Shown piece by piece: positions 37,736-46,241 of a stretch of 52,506 nt of DNA. The translations under genes and the position numbers were made by a program. The notes under the pieces were generated by a model. The model was not told the DNA's origin, made no database searches, and saw only the letters and a program-made list of their open reading frames with translations. Location of the stretch: positions 1-52,506 of the IMG/VR virus record IMGVR_UViG_3300048988_000011. One strand, written 5' to 3'. Position 1 is the stretch's first letter; every line of letters starts with the position of its first letter. This DNA is from a virus. Its lineage: Duplodnaviria; Caudoviricetes.

Positions 37736-38089
37736 ATGTTTAGTAGACCAATATTCATAGCAGAAAAAGATCCAGAGTACTGCGATCCTTGCCAGCAGCT
37801 AGCTGAGCCTAAGCTAACTACTGCTCTATATAAAGTAATGAAAAAGGGATATTGTGCTGAGCATAAGGCAGAAGCTGAAGCAGCAATGAAAAGAGTAGGA
37901 ACTGCTAGTGCTGGCAAGAAGGAAGCTAACTATGGTTATGTAGTAGGGAAAAGAAAAAGGGAGAGTCAAAAGATACATAGTGATAAAACATTAGGGCAGT
38001 TCGGCAAGGTTCCTATTACTGGTAGCGGGTTCAATCAAAGGCAAAATAGGATATTTTTGAAAAGAAAATCAGAGGAAAATCAAGATTAG
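37736..38089 (+). CDS. Hypothetical Zn-finger basic protein
   Basis: CDPC...YCAEH. Confidence 0.6.
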   Translation: MFSRPIFIAEKDPEYCDPCQQLAEPKLTTALYKVMKKGYCAEHKAEAEAAMKRVGTASAGKKEANYGYVVGKRKRESQKIHSDKTLGQFGKVPITGSGFNQRQNRIFLKRKSEENQD

Positions 38090-38092
38090 GGG

Positions 38093-38121
38093 TTGACAAC
38101 CTTGCATAATGATGATAATCT
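38093..38121 (+). promoter_or_regulatory. Sigma-70-type promoter
   Basis: TTGACA-N17-TAATCT in intergenic gap. Confidence 0.5.
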
Positions 38122-38193
38122 CACTTTCATCAATCAAAAAGCAATAATAGCTAAATTAAGATTACAATCAAAATTAAACCGAGGTGATTAATA

Positions 38194-38493
38194 ATGCCAG
38201 ATATTGATGCTGACACTAATACTAATGCAGATATTGGAGAAGCAGCAACAGCAGAAATAGCAGTACCAATAAGAATCTGCCCATATCCTAGCTGTAGGCA
38301 TGAATGGATTCCTAGAGTAGCTAAGCCATTATGGTGCCCTAGATGCAGAAGGAGATTAGAGGTAGATGAGAAGAGGGAAGCTGTGAGATTAGTTAAGAAT
38401 AGTAGGAAGGAGAAGCAGGTTCCTGTTAGGAATGAAGCTATAACTATGCCAATGGGAATACTATTGGAGGTTAATGAAGATGTACCAGCATAA
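38194..38493 (+). CDS. Zinc-ribbon protein
   Basis: C..C.HEWIPR...P..CPRC. Confidence 0.65.
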   Translation: MPDIDADTNTNADIGEAATAEIAVPIRICPYPSCRHEWIPRVAKPLWCPRCRRRLEVDEKREAVRLVKNSRKEKQVPVRNEAITMPMGILLEVNEDVPA

Positions 38494-38650
38494 AGAATTT
38501 TGTATTAAAGAGAATAGTGTAGTTCATCTTACTATCTACAGTTCAGGCTTGATTGTTTATTTTAATAAACTAAACAATAAAACTACTCTTATACATTTAG
38601 ACTCGATTAGAATAAAAGAGGTAATAAGAAAATGTACCAGCATAAAGTAA
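38480..38650 (+). CDS. AT-rich 56-aa ORF flanked by a 16-bp direct repeat
   Basis: Hand-translated MYQHKEFCIKENS...; same first 16 nt as the next gene. Confidence 0.45.
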   Translation: MYQHKEFCIKENSVVHLTIYSSGLIVYFNKLNNKTTLIHLDSIRIKEVIRKCTSIK

Positions 38651-38874
38651 CCTCATTCTCTTGGGGCAACCCTGAGGGTATATTAACCCAAGCTACAGAG
38701 AAGCTAGAATATTATGAGAAGCAAGGGTATGAGTTAGTTACTGTAGCTATGATGAGTGGCTATACTGTTATGTTCTTTAAGAAAGAAGTATCTAATAATC
38801 TACTAGATATACCTGATGTAGCTAAGCATCCATTTCTAGGTGATGTCAGTGTAATGCAGTTAGGGGGTAAGTAA
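38632..38874 (+). CDS. DUF4177-like small protein
   Basis: 'L..YEKQGYELVTV.....VMFFKK'. Confidence 0.55.
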   Translation: MYQHKVTSFSWGNPEGILTQATEKLEYYEKQGYELVTVAMMSGYTVMFFKKEVSNNLLDIPDVAKHPFLGDVSVMQLGGK

Positions 38875-40109
38875 TGCCTACTACCTATATAGATAGGACT
38901 CGCATCTCTAAGATGCAAGAGTGTCCGCGTAAACGCTACTGGAGCACAGAAGTAAATGGTATAGGGATAACTCCTATGCAGAACTCAATCGCTCTTTCTA
39001 AGGGGTTAGCTATTCATAGAGGAATAGAGTCTATTAACATAGCTCTAATGGAAGGTATTGATCCAGCAGTAGGAGTTAAATTAGATATAGAAGCCTGTGT
39101 TAAAGCAGCCTTAGCAGAGTTCGATCTAAAAGCAGCAAAAGAAGAGCTAGAAGTAGAAGAAGGAGAATCTACTACTGAGAATTATCTCTACCATGAACAA
39201 AAAGCACTCGTCGAATTCGCAGTCCGTGGTTATGCTCTTACTCGCCTTCCTTATCATCGTTCTACTTATCGTCCGATCTCTGTAGAGCAAGAAAAAGTCT
39301 TACAATTAGCTGATGATCTTATTTTAATGGGGAGAAGTGATGCCGATCTCCAACGACTAGATAATGGTGGGTATTATATCTTTAACTTTAAGACCAGCTT
39401 CGACTGGAACGATGATATAGAGCAGGAAGCTAAGATTGATATCCAGGGGTTGAGCGAACTAATTCTATTTGAGGCATTAACAGGTAATAGAGTGGACGGC
39501 ATTCATTCTGAGTACTTTATTAATGGCAGTAGGAGATTAGATAAGAAAGATAGAGTGAGAAAGCAGGACACCTTCTCTATCAGACCGTGGATGAAGAAGG
39601 GTATGCCTGGAGATACTATCCAATTCGCTTGGAAGTACTACTTTGAGGATCGCTTCGGTAACAACCACAGTCTAGGTAAGACATTCACTAGAGTTAACAT
39701 CTGGGAGATAATGCCTATTAAGGAGTGGGTTGAGCTTCTAGCAAGCGGGAAGGTGCAGAGCGATCAAGGTGACCCTATGCAGAAGCTGTTTATAGCTCCT
39801 ACTCCTTATTATCGGCAGCCTGATGATATCAGTAGCTGGATAACTGAGGTAATAGCGCAAGAGCTAAGAGTTAAAGAGGGGATGGAGGCTATTAATAACT
39901 GTGATACTGCTGAAGGTAAGCAGGAATTGTTAGATACTTACTTTCCGAGATATCGTCATGCTTGCTACTCGAAGTATAGAAAATGGTGCCCCTTCTTCTC
40001 TTTGTGCTGGGGTGACAAGTGGATGGCTCAAGATCCTATTAGTTCTGGCCTCTTTAAAGAAAGAACCCCACACCATGATATAGAAGCTTTATCACTAGGA
40101 GGAGAATAA
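38874..40109 (+). CDS. PD-(D/E)XK exonuclease (Cas4/RecB-like)
   Basis: 'QECPRKRYW', 'G.AIH', 'VEQE', 'GRSD', 'NFKT', terminal 'C....WCPFFSLC'. Confidence 0.8.
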   Translation: MPTTYIDRTRISKMQECPRKRYWSTEVNGIGITPMQNSIALSKGLAIHRGIESINIALMEGIDPAVGVKLDIEACVKAALAEFDLKAAKEELEVEEGESTTENYLYHEQKALVEFAVRGYALTRLPYHRSTYRPISVEQEKVLQLADDLILMGRSDADLQRLDNGGYYIFNFKTSFDWNDDIEQEAKIDIQGLSELILFEALTGNRVDGIHSEYFINGSRRLDKKDRVRKQDTFSIRPWMKKGMPGDTIQFAWKYYFEDRFGNNHSLGKTFTRVNIWEIMPIKEWVELLASGKVQSDQGDPMQKLFIAPTPYYRQPDDISSWITEVIAQELRVKEGMEAINNCDTAEGKQELLDTYFPRYRHACYSKYRKWCPFFSLCWGDKWMAQDPISSGLFKERTPHHDIEALSLGGE

Positions 40110-41113
40110 TGGCAGAAATAGCATTACCTAAACCAATCCAAGCATCAACGTTACCATCATTGCAGAAGTCTACAAGTACAACAGTAGAATCAGCAGTAGT
40201 AGAAGAGAGAAAGTCAATATTGCCAGCAGAGTTTCGTGGTGTAGCCTATCTCTGTGGCCCTAGAGGAGTAGGCAAATCATTCTTAGCATCTCAAGCAGAT
40301 ATCCCAGATAATGTTTTATTCTTTGATTGGGAAGAGAAGGGTAGTGGTATAGATGTTCAGCTTCACTTTGGTAGATATCTATCTATGTCAAGCCTAGCAT
40401 CTAGAAAGTTTGGACTAGACCATAAACCCGCTCAAGTTATGGAGATATTAAGAGAGCAGCTTAATCAAATTCCCAAGGACAGATTTACTGTTGCTGTAAT
40501 AGATAACATAGAACCAATGGAAGCGGCCTTTGCTGCTGAAGCTAAGAAGTACCCTATGCAGTATGGTATTAGTCCCAAGAATGCAGAGAGTGGGGCCTTC
40601 GGGGGAATATATCCTGCCGTGAACTATATGGTAAGTGGGTTTGTTAATAATCTATACGCAAAGGGAGTTAAGTTAGTAATAGTAACTGCACATCTAAAAG
40701 CAGTATGGTCATCGACTGGCCCAATACCAAATCGCTTCAAGCCAAAAGGAGTTGAGAGATGGCAAGAGCTATCTATACTTTCTCTAGTGCTAATGACTGC
40801 CGAGAACGCACCTATACCATCAGCTATAGTACAGCAAGAACAATTAGCTTCAACTAAGTATAATGAGGAAACCCAAGAGATCGAAGTAACAAGAAGACTG
40901 CCTCTTAGAATCCCTAAGTGCACATTCGCAGAGATAAGAAGATATATGAGGGAACCAGCTGATTTGAAAAATCCAAAGGCAGGAGAAGTACCAACCAGTG
41001 AGGAAACGCTACCATATAGTGATCGATTTAGCCATGAGCAATTAGCTTATATGACTGCTGCTGCTAATGCACAGGCTGCTGGGAGGCCTGAGGAGAGTAA
41101 TGAGGATAAATAA
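40109..41113 (+). CDS. Sak4-like (AAA_24) ssDNA-annealing ATPase
   Basis: GPRGVGKS, 'FDWEEKG', 'VIDNI', 'VIVTAH'; adjacent to exonuclease and SSB-like gene. Confidence 0.7.
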   Translation: MAEIALPKPIQASTLPSLQKSTSTTVESAVVEERKSILPAEFRGVAYLCGPRGVGKSFLASQADIPDNVLFFDWEEKGSGIDVQLHFGRYLSMSSLASRKFGLDHKPAQVMEILREQLNQIPKDRFTVAVIDNIEPMEAAFAAEAKKYPMQYGISPKNAESGAFGGIYPAVNYMVSGFVNNLYAKGVKLVIVTAHLKAVWSSTGPIPNRFKPKGVERWQELSILSLVLMTAENAPIPSAIVQQEQLASTKYNEETQEIEVTRRLPLRIPKCTFAEIRRYMREPADLKNPKAGEVPTSEETLPYSDRFSHEQLAYMTAAANAQAAGRPEESNEDK

Positions 41114-41115
41114 CT

Positions 41116-41349
41116 ATGATAGATAATGATATTGGGGGCGCTTCTCATTATATCTGTGAGGGTAATTCTACTACTATTTACTGTCACAAACTACCTATTA
41201 ATGTTACATCCCAAGTAATGGATGAAGTAAGAGCTATGGGAGATGATTACTATATAGTACATCCTGACCATATAGATGATGACGTAGAGATAGTGGAGCA
41301 AAGAGATGGATATACTATTGTTAAGACTAAAGATAAGGAGAATTACTAA
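41116..41349 (+). CDS. Hypothetical protein (paralog A)
   Basis: 'YYIVHPDH..D.EIVEQRDGYTIVK'. Confidence 0.6.
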   Translation: MIDNDIGGASHYICEGNSTTIYCHKLPINVTSQVMDEVRAMGDDYYIVHPDHIDDDVEIVEQRDGYTIVKTKDKENY

Positions 41350-41351
41350 TT

Positions 41352-41630
41352 ATGATTCCAACTCCAATGGATAGTAGAAATGCAACTTGTCAATGTGGTA
41401 ATCTTAGCTGTGAGCAGAAGCTTCCTATTACCTACCTTCAGTTAGAAGAGATTGAAGCTGGCTATAAAAAGGTAGATCCAGGGAATGACTATTACTATGT
41501 ACTACCTGGGCATGAGGCTAATGATACTGTTATTGATCGAAGAGATATTGGAGTACTGGTAGTTAAGGCTCCTCCTGAGAAAGTAGCAGAAGAGGAAGTA
41601 ACTAATCCACCATATCCTATAGAATGTTAG
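41352..41630 (+). CDS. Hypothetical protein (paralog B)
   Basis: 'CQCGNLSC....I...YYVLPGHE..DTVIDRRD..LVVK'. Confidence 0.6.
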   Translation: MIPTPMDSRNATCQCGNLSCEQKLPITYLQLEEIEAGYKKVDPGNDYYYVLPGHEANDTVIDRRDIGVLVVKAPPEKVAEEEVTNPPYPIEC

Positions 41631-41658
41631 CTAACAAACCAAAAGGAGATAAGAAAGA

Positions 41659-42477
41659 ATGTCAGTAGAAACAGCAACAGCGCCAGCAGAAGGAACAGAA
41701 GCAACTGGCACAACCGAACAACCAACTACTTCTGTAGCAGAAGCAGAATCAGCAGCAACAACAGCAACAAACGGAGCAGGGTCAGATCTCAATCATCTAG
41801 TGCTAGGCGATACAGAAGATGATGTTGACCCAGATGCAGATGCAGATGCAGTAGTCCTCCCACCTGAGAGCCTTAACCCAGTTACTCTGCGCCTTAAAAC
41901 AGGTAAGAAAGGCGTTTACGGCCCTACTAAGGATAAGGATGGTAACCTGCTTGATAAGCCTAAGGTAAGCGCGAACGATGGAAGGCCATTCTTCGTAGCT
42001 GAGGTAGAAGCTTATATAGTAAGCGATGATCCTACATGGGATGGCACTAGGATCTTCTCGTTCCCTGACGCACTTATGCAGGGAATCTATTTAACTAGCC
42101 TTAAGGATAGAAAGACTAATACTAGTAGGGCGGCAGATGTAGCTAGTAAATGTGGCTATCCGTTCCAGAAGGGGAATACTATTAACGGAAATGCTGAACA
42201 TCTTCGTCAGTTACTAGCTGCTGAGCCTACCATTAAGGCCGTTATTCAATGGCAGGCAACTAAAGAAACAGGGGAGACTGATGAGGGAGGTTATGCGCAG
42301 AGGATTATTGCGAAACGAGGGGAGAAGAACTTCCCAGTTTTAACCGATAAGGAAGGCAATCAGGTCTTTAATGCGGCAGGTGCTCCTGTACATAGTGCCA
42401 GGATGGAAGACCCTCAGGACGGAAGTGAGTTGGTTGCTAGAGCGGTTATTGTTAGGTTCTTGCCTATCAATGGTTAG
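41659..42477 (+). CDS. Putative ssDNA-binding protein
   Basis: Acidic N-terminus, beta-rich core, follows Sak4-like gene; positional inference. Confidence 0.45.
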   Translation: MSVETATAPAEGTEATGTTEQPTTSVAEAESAATTATNGAGSDLNHLVLGDTEDDVDPDADADAVVLPPESLNPVTLRLKTGKKGVYGPTKDKDGNLLDKPKVSANDGRPFFVAEVEAYIVSDDPTWDGTRIFSFPDALMQGIYLTSLKDRKTNTSRAADVASKCGYPFQKGNTINGNAEHLRQLLAAEPTIKAVIQWQATKETGETDEGGYAQRIIAKRGEKNFPVLTDKEGNQVFNAAGAPVHSARMEDPQDGSELVARAVIVRFLPING

Positions 42478-42501
42478 CTGCAATTAGCTATTGAGAAGGT
42501 A

Positions 42502-42570
42502 GGGAGAAGGGAAGGTTTGCTTTGTCGGGGGTGCACCTTCCCTTTCTTTTTTCTTTTTTATTTTTTATTT
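42502..42570 (+). terminator. Rho-independent terminator
   Basis: gagaagggaaggt / accttccctttct stem followed by long T tract. Confidence 0.8.
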
Positions 42571-42581
42571 GAGGAAAAATT

Positions 42582-42833
42582 ATGGTAGTTTCTATTACAA
42601 AAAATCAAGAGCATATCACTAGAGCATTCGATGAAGCTTGGACGAAAGCAGATAATGAAAGCATAAAAGTAGGACCAGTAGTAGCAGATAAGATGCTGTT
42701 GTTCAAAGAGTTAGCAAAGGAATTCTATTTCAAGGGTTATGCTCAATGTGCTAACGATACTGTAGGAAAGGTTGGTGATGTACTTTCTACCTTGCGAGAA
42801 TTAGATAATATCTGGTTCAAGAATAGTAATTAG
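42582..42833 (+). CDS. Hypothetical protein
   Basis: 83 aa, GAGG SD. Confidence 0.6.
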   Translation: MVVSITKNQEHITRAFDEAWTKADNESIKVGPVVADKMLLFKELAKEFYFKGYAQCANDTVGKVGDVLSTLRELDNIWFKNSN

Positions 42834-42836
42834 CTA

Positions 42837-42866
42837 TTGACATATTAGTAATAGTAGTATTACTAT
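42837..42866 (+). promoter_or_regulatory. Sigma-70-type promoter overlapped by palindrome
   Basis: TTGACA-N18-TACTAT; tagtaata-gtag-tattacta palindrome. Confidence 0.5.
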
Positions 42867-42914
42867 CTCTTCGAGCATAGTTATTTGAACTAAACGAAAT
42901 GGAAATGGAAATGG

Positions 42915-43065
42915 AAATGAACTCTAGTCAAAGTCAAGGTTTCTAAGCAGTTCTATTTTCATCTTCTGCTTAGGACAGGTCGAATCGTTGAACCTGTTCC
43001 TCCCTTGGCCTTGGCTATTGAGCCTCTAGGAGCTATCGGCAGGCAAGCAAGTAGCTCCTAGAGAG
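42915..43065 (+). ncRNA. Structured leader (branched helix plus hairpin)
   Basis: tagtcaaagtcaagg/ccttggccttggcta, tctaagcag/ctgcttagg, acaggt/acctgt, ctctaggagcta/tagctcctagag. Confidence 0.5.
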
Positions 43066-43123
43066 ATTATCAACCACTAACCACTAACAGTAACACTATC
43101 AAACAAAAGGAGATAGAAAGAAA

Positions 43124-43714
43124 ATGAAGACACTTTCAGCATCAACCATTCTTCTTCGCAAGGCTCTCAGCATGAGCGTAGAAGAGATCGAATCAACCAT
43201 TCAGGTTTTGCGTGAGGTAGCTGCGCATAAATCATCTCAGCCTTCTCTGACTACACTTGTTCCGGCATCTGCGGCAAAGGGTAGGGGGAAGGGCAAACGC
43301 AAGGCTAAGGCCGCTTCTGCGAGTAATGGGGAGGCTTCTGCTGGCACTACGACAGCAACAGCTAGCACAACTGCTGCTTCTAATGCTACCGAACCTGAAG
43401 TAGATCAATCAACCCTGCCCCCGACCGCTGAGGCTATTTACGGTTGGACAAAACAAGGTAAGGTGAGACAGCGTAGACCCGCGAAGGACTACGTTGCATT
43501 CGGTGAGTCTGCACCTGGGGTTGCGATCCTACAGCCCCAGACTGCGCCAGAACCAGGACCGGATGTTATTAGCATAGACAGTTCTGCTAATGGGGCAGAT
43601 GAAGCGCAGGCTGCTGCTACTGCTGATACCCCTACTGCTCCTGAGGCAGTAAGCGAAGCAGATCTCGCAGCTATGGAAGAGAGGGAAAGACGGACTGCTG
43701 AGTTGTTTCAGTAA
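43124..43714 (+). CDS. Hypothetical Ala-rich protein
   Basis: 196 aa, AAGGAG SD. Confidence 0.7.
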   Translation: MKTLSASTILLRKALSMSVEEIESTIQVLREVAAHKSSQPSLTTLVPASAAKGRGKGKRKAKAASASNGEASAGTTTATASTTAASNATEPEVDQSTLPPTAEAIYGWTKQGKVRQRRPAKDYVAFGESAPGVAILQPQTAPEPGPDVISIDSSANGADEAQAAATADTPTAPEAVSEADLAAMEERERRTAELFQ

Positions 43715-43857
43715 GTAGATTAGCAAGCTAAGCAAGAAGTTGTGAGGAGGAATTCAGCCTAGAGTAGAGGTCAAGATAGTTTTAACTAATGAGATCTGCT
43801 GATAACTCCTCTCCCTTTTTATATCTATTATCAAACATCTAAAGGAGACTAATAAAA

Positions 43858-45273
43858 ATGTCTGAGACTAATTTTGGATTTGCTCCTAACTCTCTTCAAG
43901 ACATAGGAGATGCTATCATGGAGCCTGATTCTGATTCTGATCCCTTTTCTGCCTCTTTAACAGAAGAAGGAGAAGAAGAGAAAGCAGAAGTAAGATGCAG
44001 ACTAATAACGGGAGAGGGCGGGAGCGGAAAGACATATAAGATCAAAAAGGAAATAGAAGAAGATAGTACTGCTGGGTTACTCTGTGCTACTACAGGGATA
44101 GCTAGTGTTAACCTCAACGCAATCACTCTTAACTCAGTACTTCGCTTCTTTGATACAGATTCCTTACAACAAGCTTATATTAACGGTAGATTAGTGCGTA
44201 CAATAGGAGATCTAGCTAAGAGCTATAAACAGCTAATAATAGATGAATTCTCTATGCTAGATGCTGCCCAGTTAGATACCCTATATAAAGCAGTAGGTGA
44301 CGCTAATCGACAGCAGAAGGTCAAGAAGTCAAAAAACCCAGATGGGATTGGCCTTACCTTAGTAGGAGATCTCTTCCAACTTCCAGCTATTAAATGTAAG
44401 CAACCTTATGAGGCTGAGTGCTTTCCTAAGTTTGAGGAGAAGATGGAGAAGCTTACTTATAACTGGAGACAAGGGAGTGGGGAGTTTCTAACTGGTATTA
44501 ATAAACTTAGGGCAGGTAATGGAGAAGAGGGTGCTGAATTGCTTAGAACAGCAGGAGTAGAGTTTACTAATGCTAATAGTCTAGACTTTTCTGGTACTAC
44601 TATTCTAGCTAAGAATGTAGATGTTGACCGTTTTAACTGGGTAGCATTAAGCAAAGTAGAAGGAGAGATAATCAAAGTTCGATCAGAGAGATGGCTTGAT
44701 GGCTCTGCTAGACCGCCAGGGGAATGGAAGATTATACCAGAGGAATTGCAGGTAAAGAAAAATAGCTATGTAATGATCTTATCGAATGATTCGCCTTCAT
44801 TCACTTATGCGAATGGAGATTGCGGCTGGATACAAGACTATGACGAGATAGCTAAAGTATTTACTATTAAACTAGTAAGAGGAGATAGGATAGTAAGAGT
44901 GCCGTTGATTGAGAGGAGAGTGTTGAGTAAAGATGGAGAGGCTACTCTTACCTTTTCTAAGAGAGAAGAAAGAAATGGAGATCCTAGACCTTGGCAACAG
45001 GTCTACTTTGATATTGATGCTGATCGCTATGTAGTAGGAGCGGTTAGATTCTCCCCATTGAGATTAGCTTATGCGAGTACTGTACATAAGACGCAGAGCT
45101 TAACTATCGACAGGGTCCAAATGGATATAAGACAAGCATTCTTTGGTATGCCTGCGATGATCTACACCGCCGTAAGTAGATGCAGAACACCTGAAGGACT
45201 TAGGATAGTAGGAGATAAGAGTCTGCTAGCTAAGAGAACTAAAGTTAACCCCGCTATATTGAGGTTTCTATAA
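43858..45273 (+). CDS. PIF1/RecD-like SF1B helicase
   Basis: GEGGSGKT, 'ATTGIA', DEFSM, GDLFQLP, 'RQ', 'PLRLAYASTVHKTQSLT', 'YTAVSR'. Confidence 0.92.
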   Translation: MSETNFGFAPNSLQDIGDAIMEPDSDSDPFSASLTEEGEEEKAEVRCRLITGEGGSGKTYKIKKEIEEDSTAGLLCATTGIASVNLNAITLNSVLRFFDTDSLQQAYINGRLVRTIGDLAKSYKQLIIDEFSMLDAAQLDTLYKAVGDANRQQKVKKSKNPDGIGLTLVGDLFQLPAIKCKQPYEAECFPKFEEKMEKLTYNWRQGSGEFLTGINKLRAGNGEEGAELLRTAGVEFTNANSLDFSGTTILAKNVDVDRFNWVALSKVEGEIIKVRSERWLDGSARPPGEWKIIPEELQVKKNSYVMILSNDSPSFTYANGDCGWIQDYDEIAKVFTIKLVRGDRIVRVPLIERRVLSKDGEATLTFSKREERNGDPRPWQQVYFDIDADRYVVGAVRFSPLRLAYASTVHKTQSLTIDRVQMDIRQAFFGMPAMIYTAVSRCRTPEGLRIVGDKSLLAKRTKVNPAILRFL

Positions 45274-45539
45274 TGCTAAGAACATTACTTAGACTTCTAC
45301 TCGGTCGCTGCGCCCACCCTAAGTCTAAACTATCATCCCCTTTTACTAACTACCGCTCTTGTCTTCGCTGCGGTACTAAGGTATTCTTTAACCCTGAAAC
45401 ATTACAAACAGATAGGAGGATTACTTTTAATGAGCAATGTAGCTTGGACAGCATCAGACAGCATGACACCTCAGGAATTAAGGGAGCAGGCTCTAAGGTG
45501 CTTAGCTATCCTGGACGAGGTAGACGAAGGAAAGCTTAG
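45273..45539 (+). CDS. Hypothetical protein
   Basis: C.H...CLRCG; overlaps next ORF. Confidence 0.5.
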   Translation: MLRTLLRLLLGRCAHPKSKLSSPFTNYRSCLRCGTKVFFNPETLQTDRRITFNEQCSLDSIRQHDTSGIKGAGSKVLSYPGRGRRRKA

Positions 45540-45657
45540 GAATAAAGATAAGGGGTTTATTGCTAGTTTGAGAAAATGTATAGAAGGGGATCCTGGGTTT
45601 TGTCCTACTTACCGACAGGTGAATTGGGCTAAGGATATTGTGGAGAAGGTGTTATGA
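45463..45657 (+). CDS. Hypothetical protein
   Basis: MTPQELREQA...GFIASL...TYRQVNW; start uncertain. Confidence 0.5.
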   Translation: MTPQELREQALRCLAILDEVDEGKLRNKDKGFIASLRKCIEGDPGFCPTYRQVNWAKDIVEKVL

Positions 45658-45938
45658 AAGGAGGAACAGGACCTACCATCAAGAAAGGTGCTAGCAATCA
45701 AGTAGTAGAAACGCCTTGGGAGTTTATAAAAGCAGTAGAGAAGCGGTTTGGTCCTATAGCTGACCCTTATCCTAAAGATTTGATCCTATCACACTACACT
45801 AAGAACCCAGTATGGTTTAATAGAAGGCCAATAAGACGGAATTGGCAAACAGGTGGAGAAACGGGACTTGAGGAAGAGTATGAATGCAACAGCACCAACT
45901 GCCCAGCAACAGCCCATGATCATAAGGTACTACTATGA
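45654..45938 (+). pseudogene. Possible internally deleted phage N6-adenine methyltransferase remnant
   Basis: 'ETPWEFIKAVEKRFGP' resembles the phage Dam N-terminus, but no SAM-binding (DL/PAA) or NPP[YF] motif follows. Confidence 0.45.
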
Positions 45939-46237
45939 AGCTTAACAACATCATCCCCGCATCACTACCAAACGATCAGCATCGCTGTCCACACGAGGTA
46001 GAGTATACCCTATTCTCAGATAACCCCACTCATTTATATTTCACTCTACTCTCATATCGCATTAACTGTCCAGTAGCTCCTGGGATAGTATTCTCATCAA
46101 GCAATTATGCTGATGATCCAGTGGAGAGTTACTTTGATATTGCTGAGCTAGCTGTTGGGTTATATGAGCAAGTAGTTAGCTTTGCTATTGAGCAGGATGC
46201 TATTATGATCTATAAGGGGAAGAGACTTAGAGGATAA
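45935..46237 (+). CDS. Hypothetical protein
   Basis: 100 aa, coupled to neighbours. Confidence 0.55.
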   Translation: MKLNNIIPASLPNDQHRCPHEVEYTLFSDNPTHLYFTLLSYRINCPVAPGIVFSSSNYADDPVESYFDIAELAVGLYEQVVSFAIEQDAIMIYKGKRLRG

Positions 46238-46241
46238 AAAT

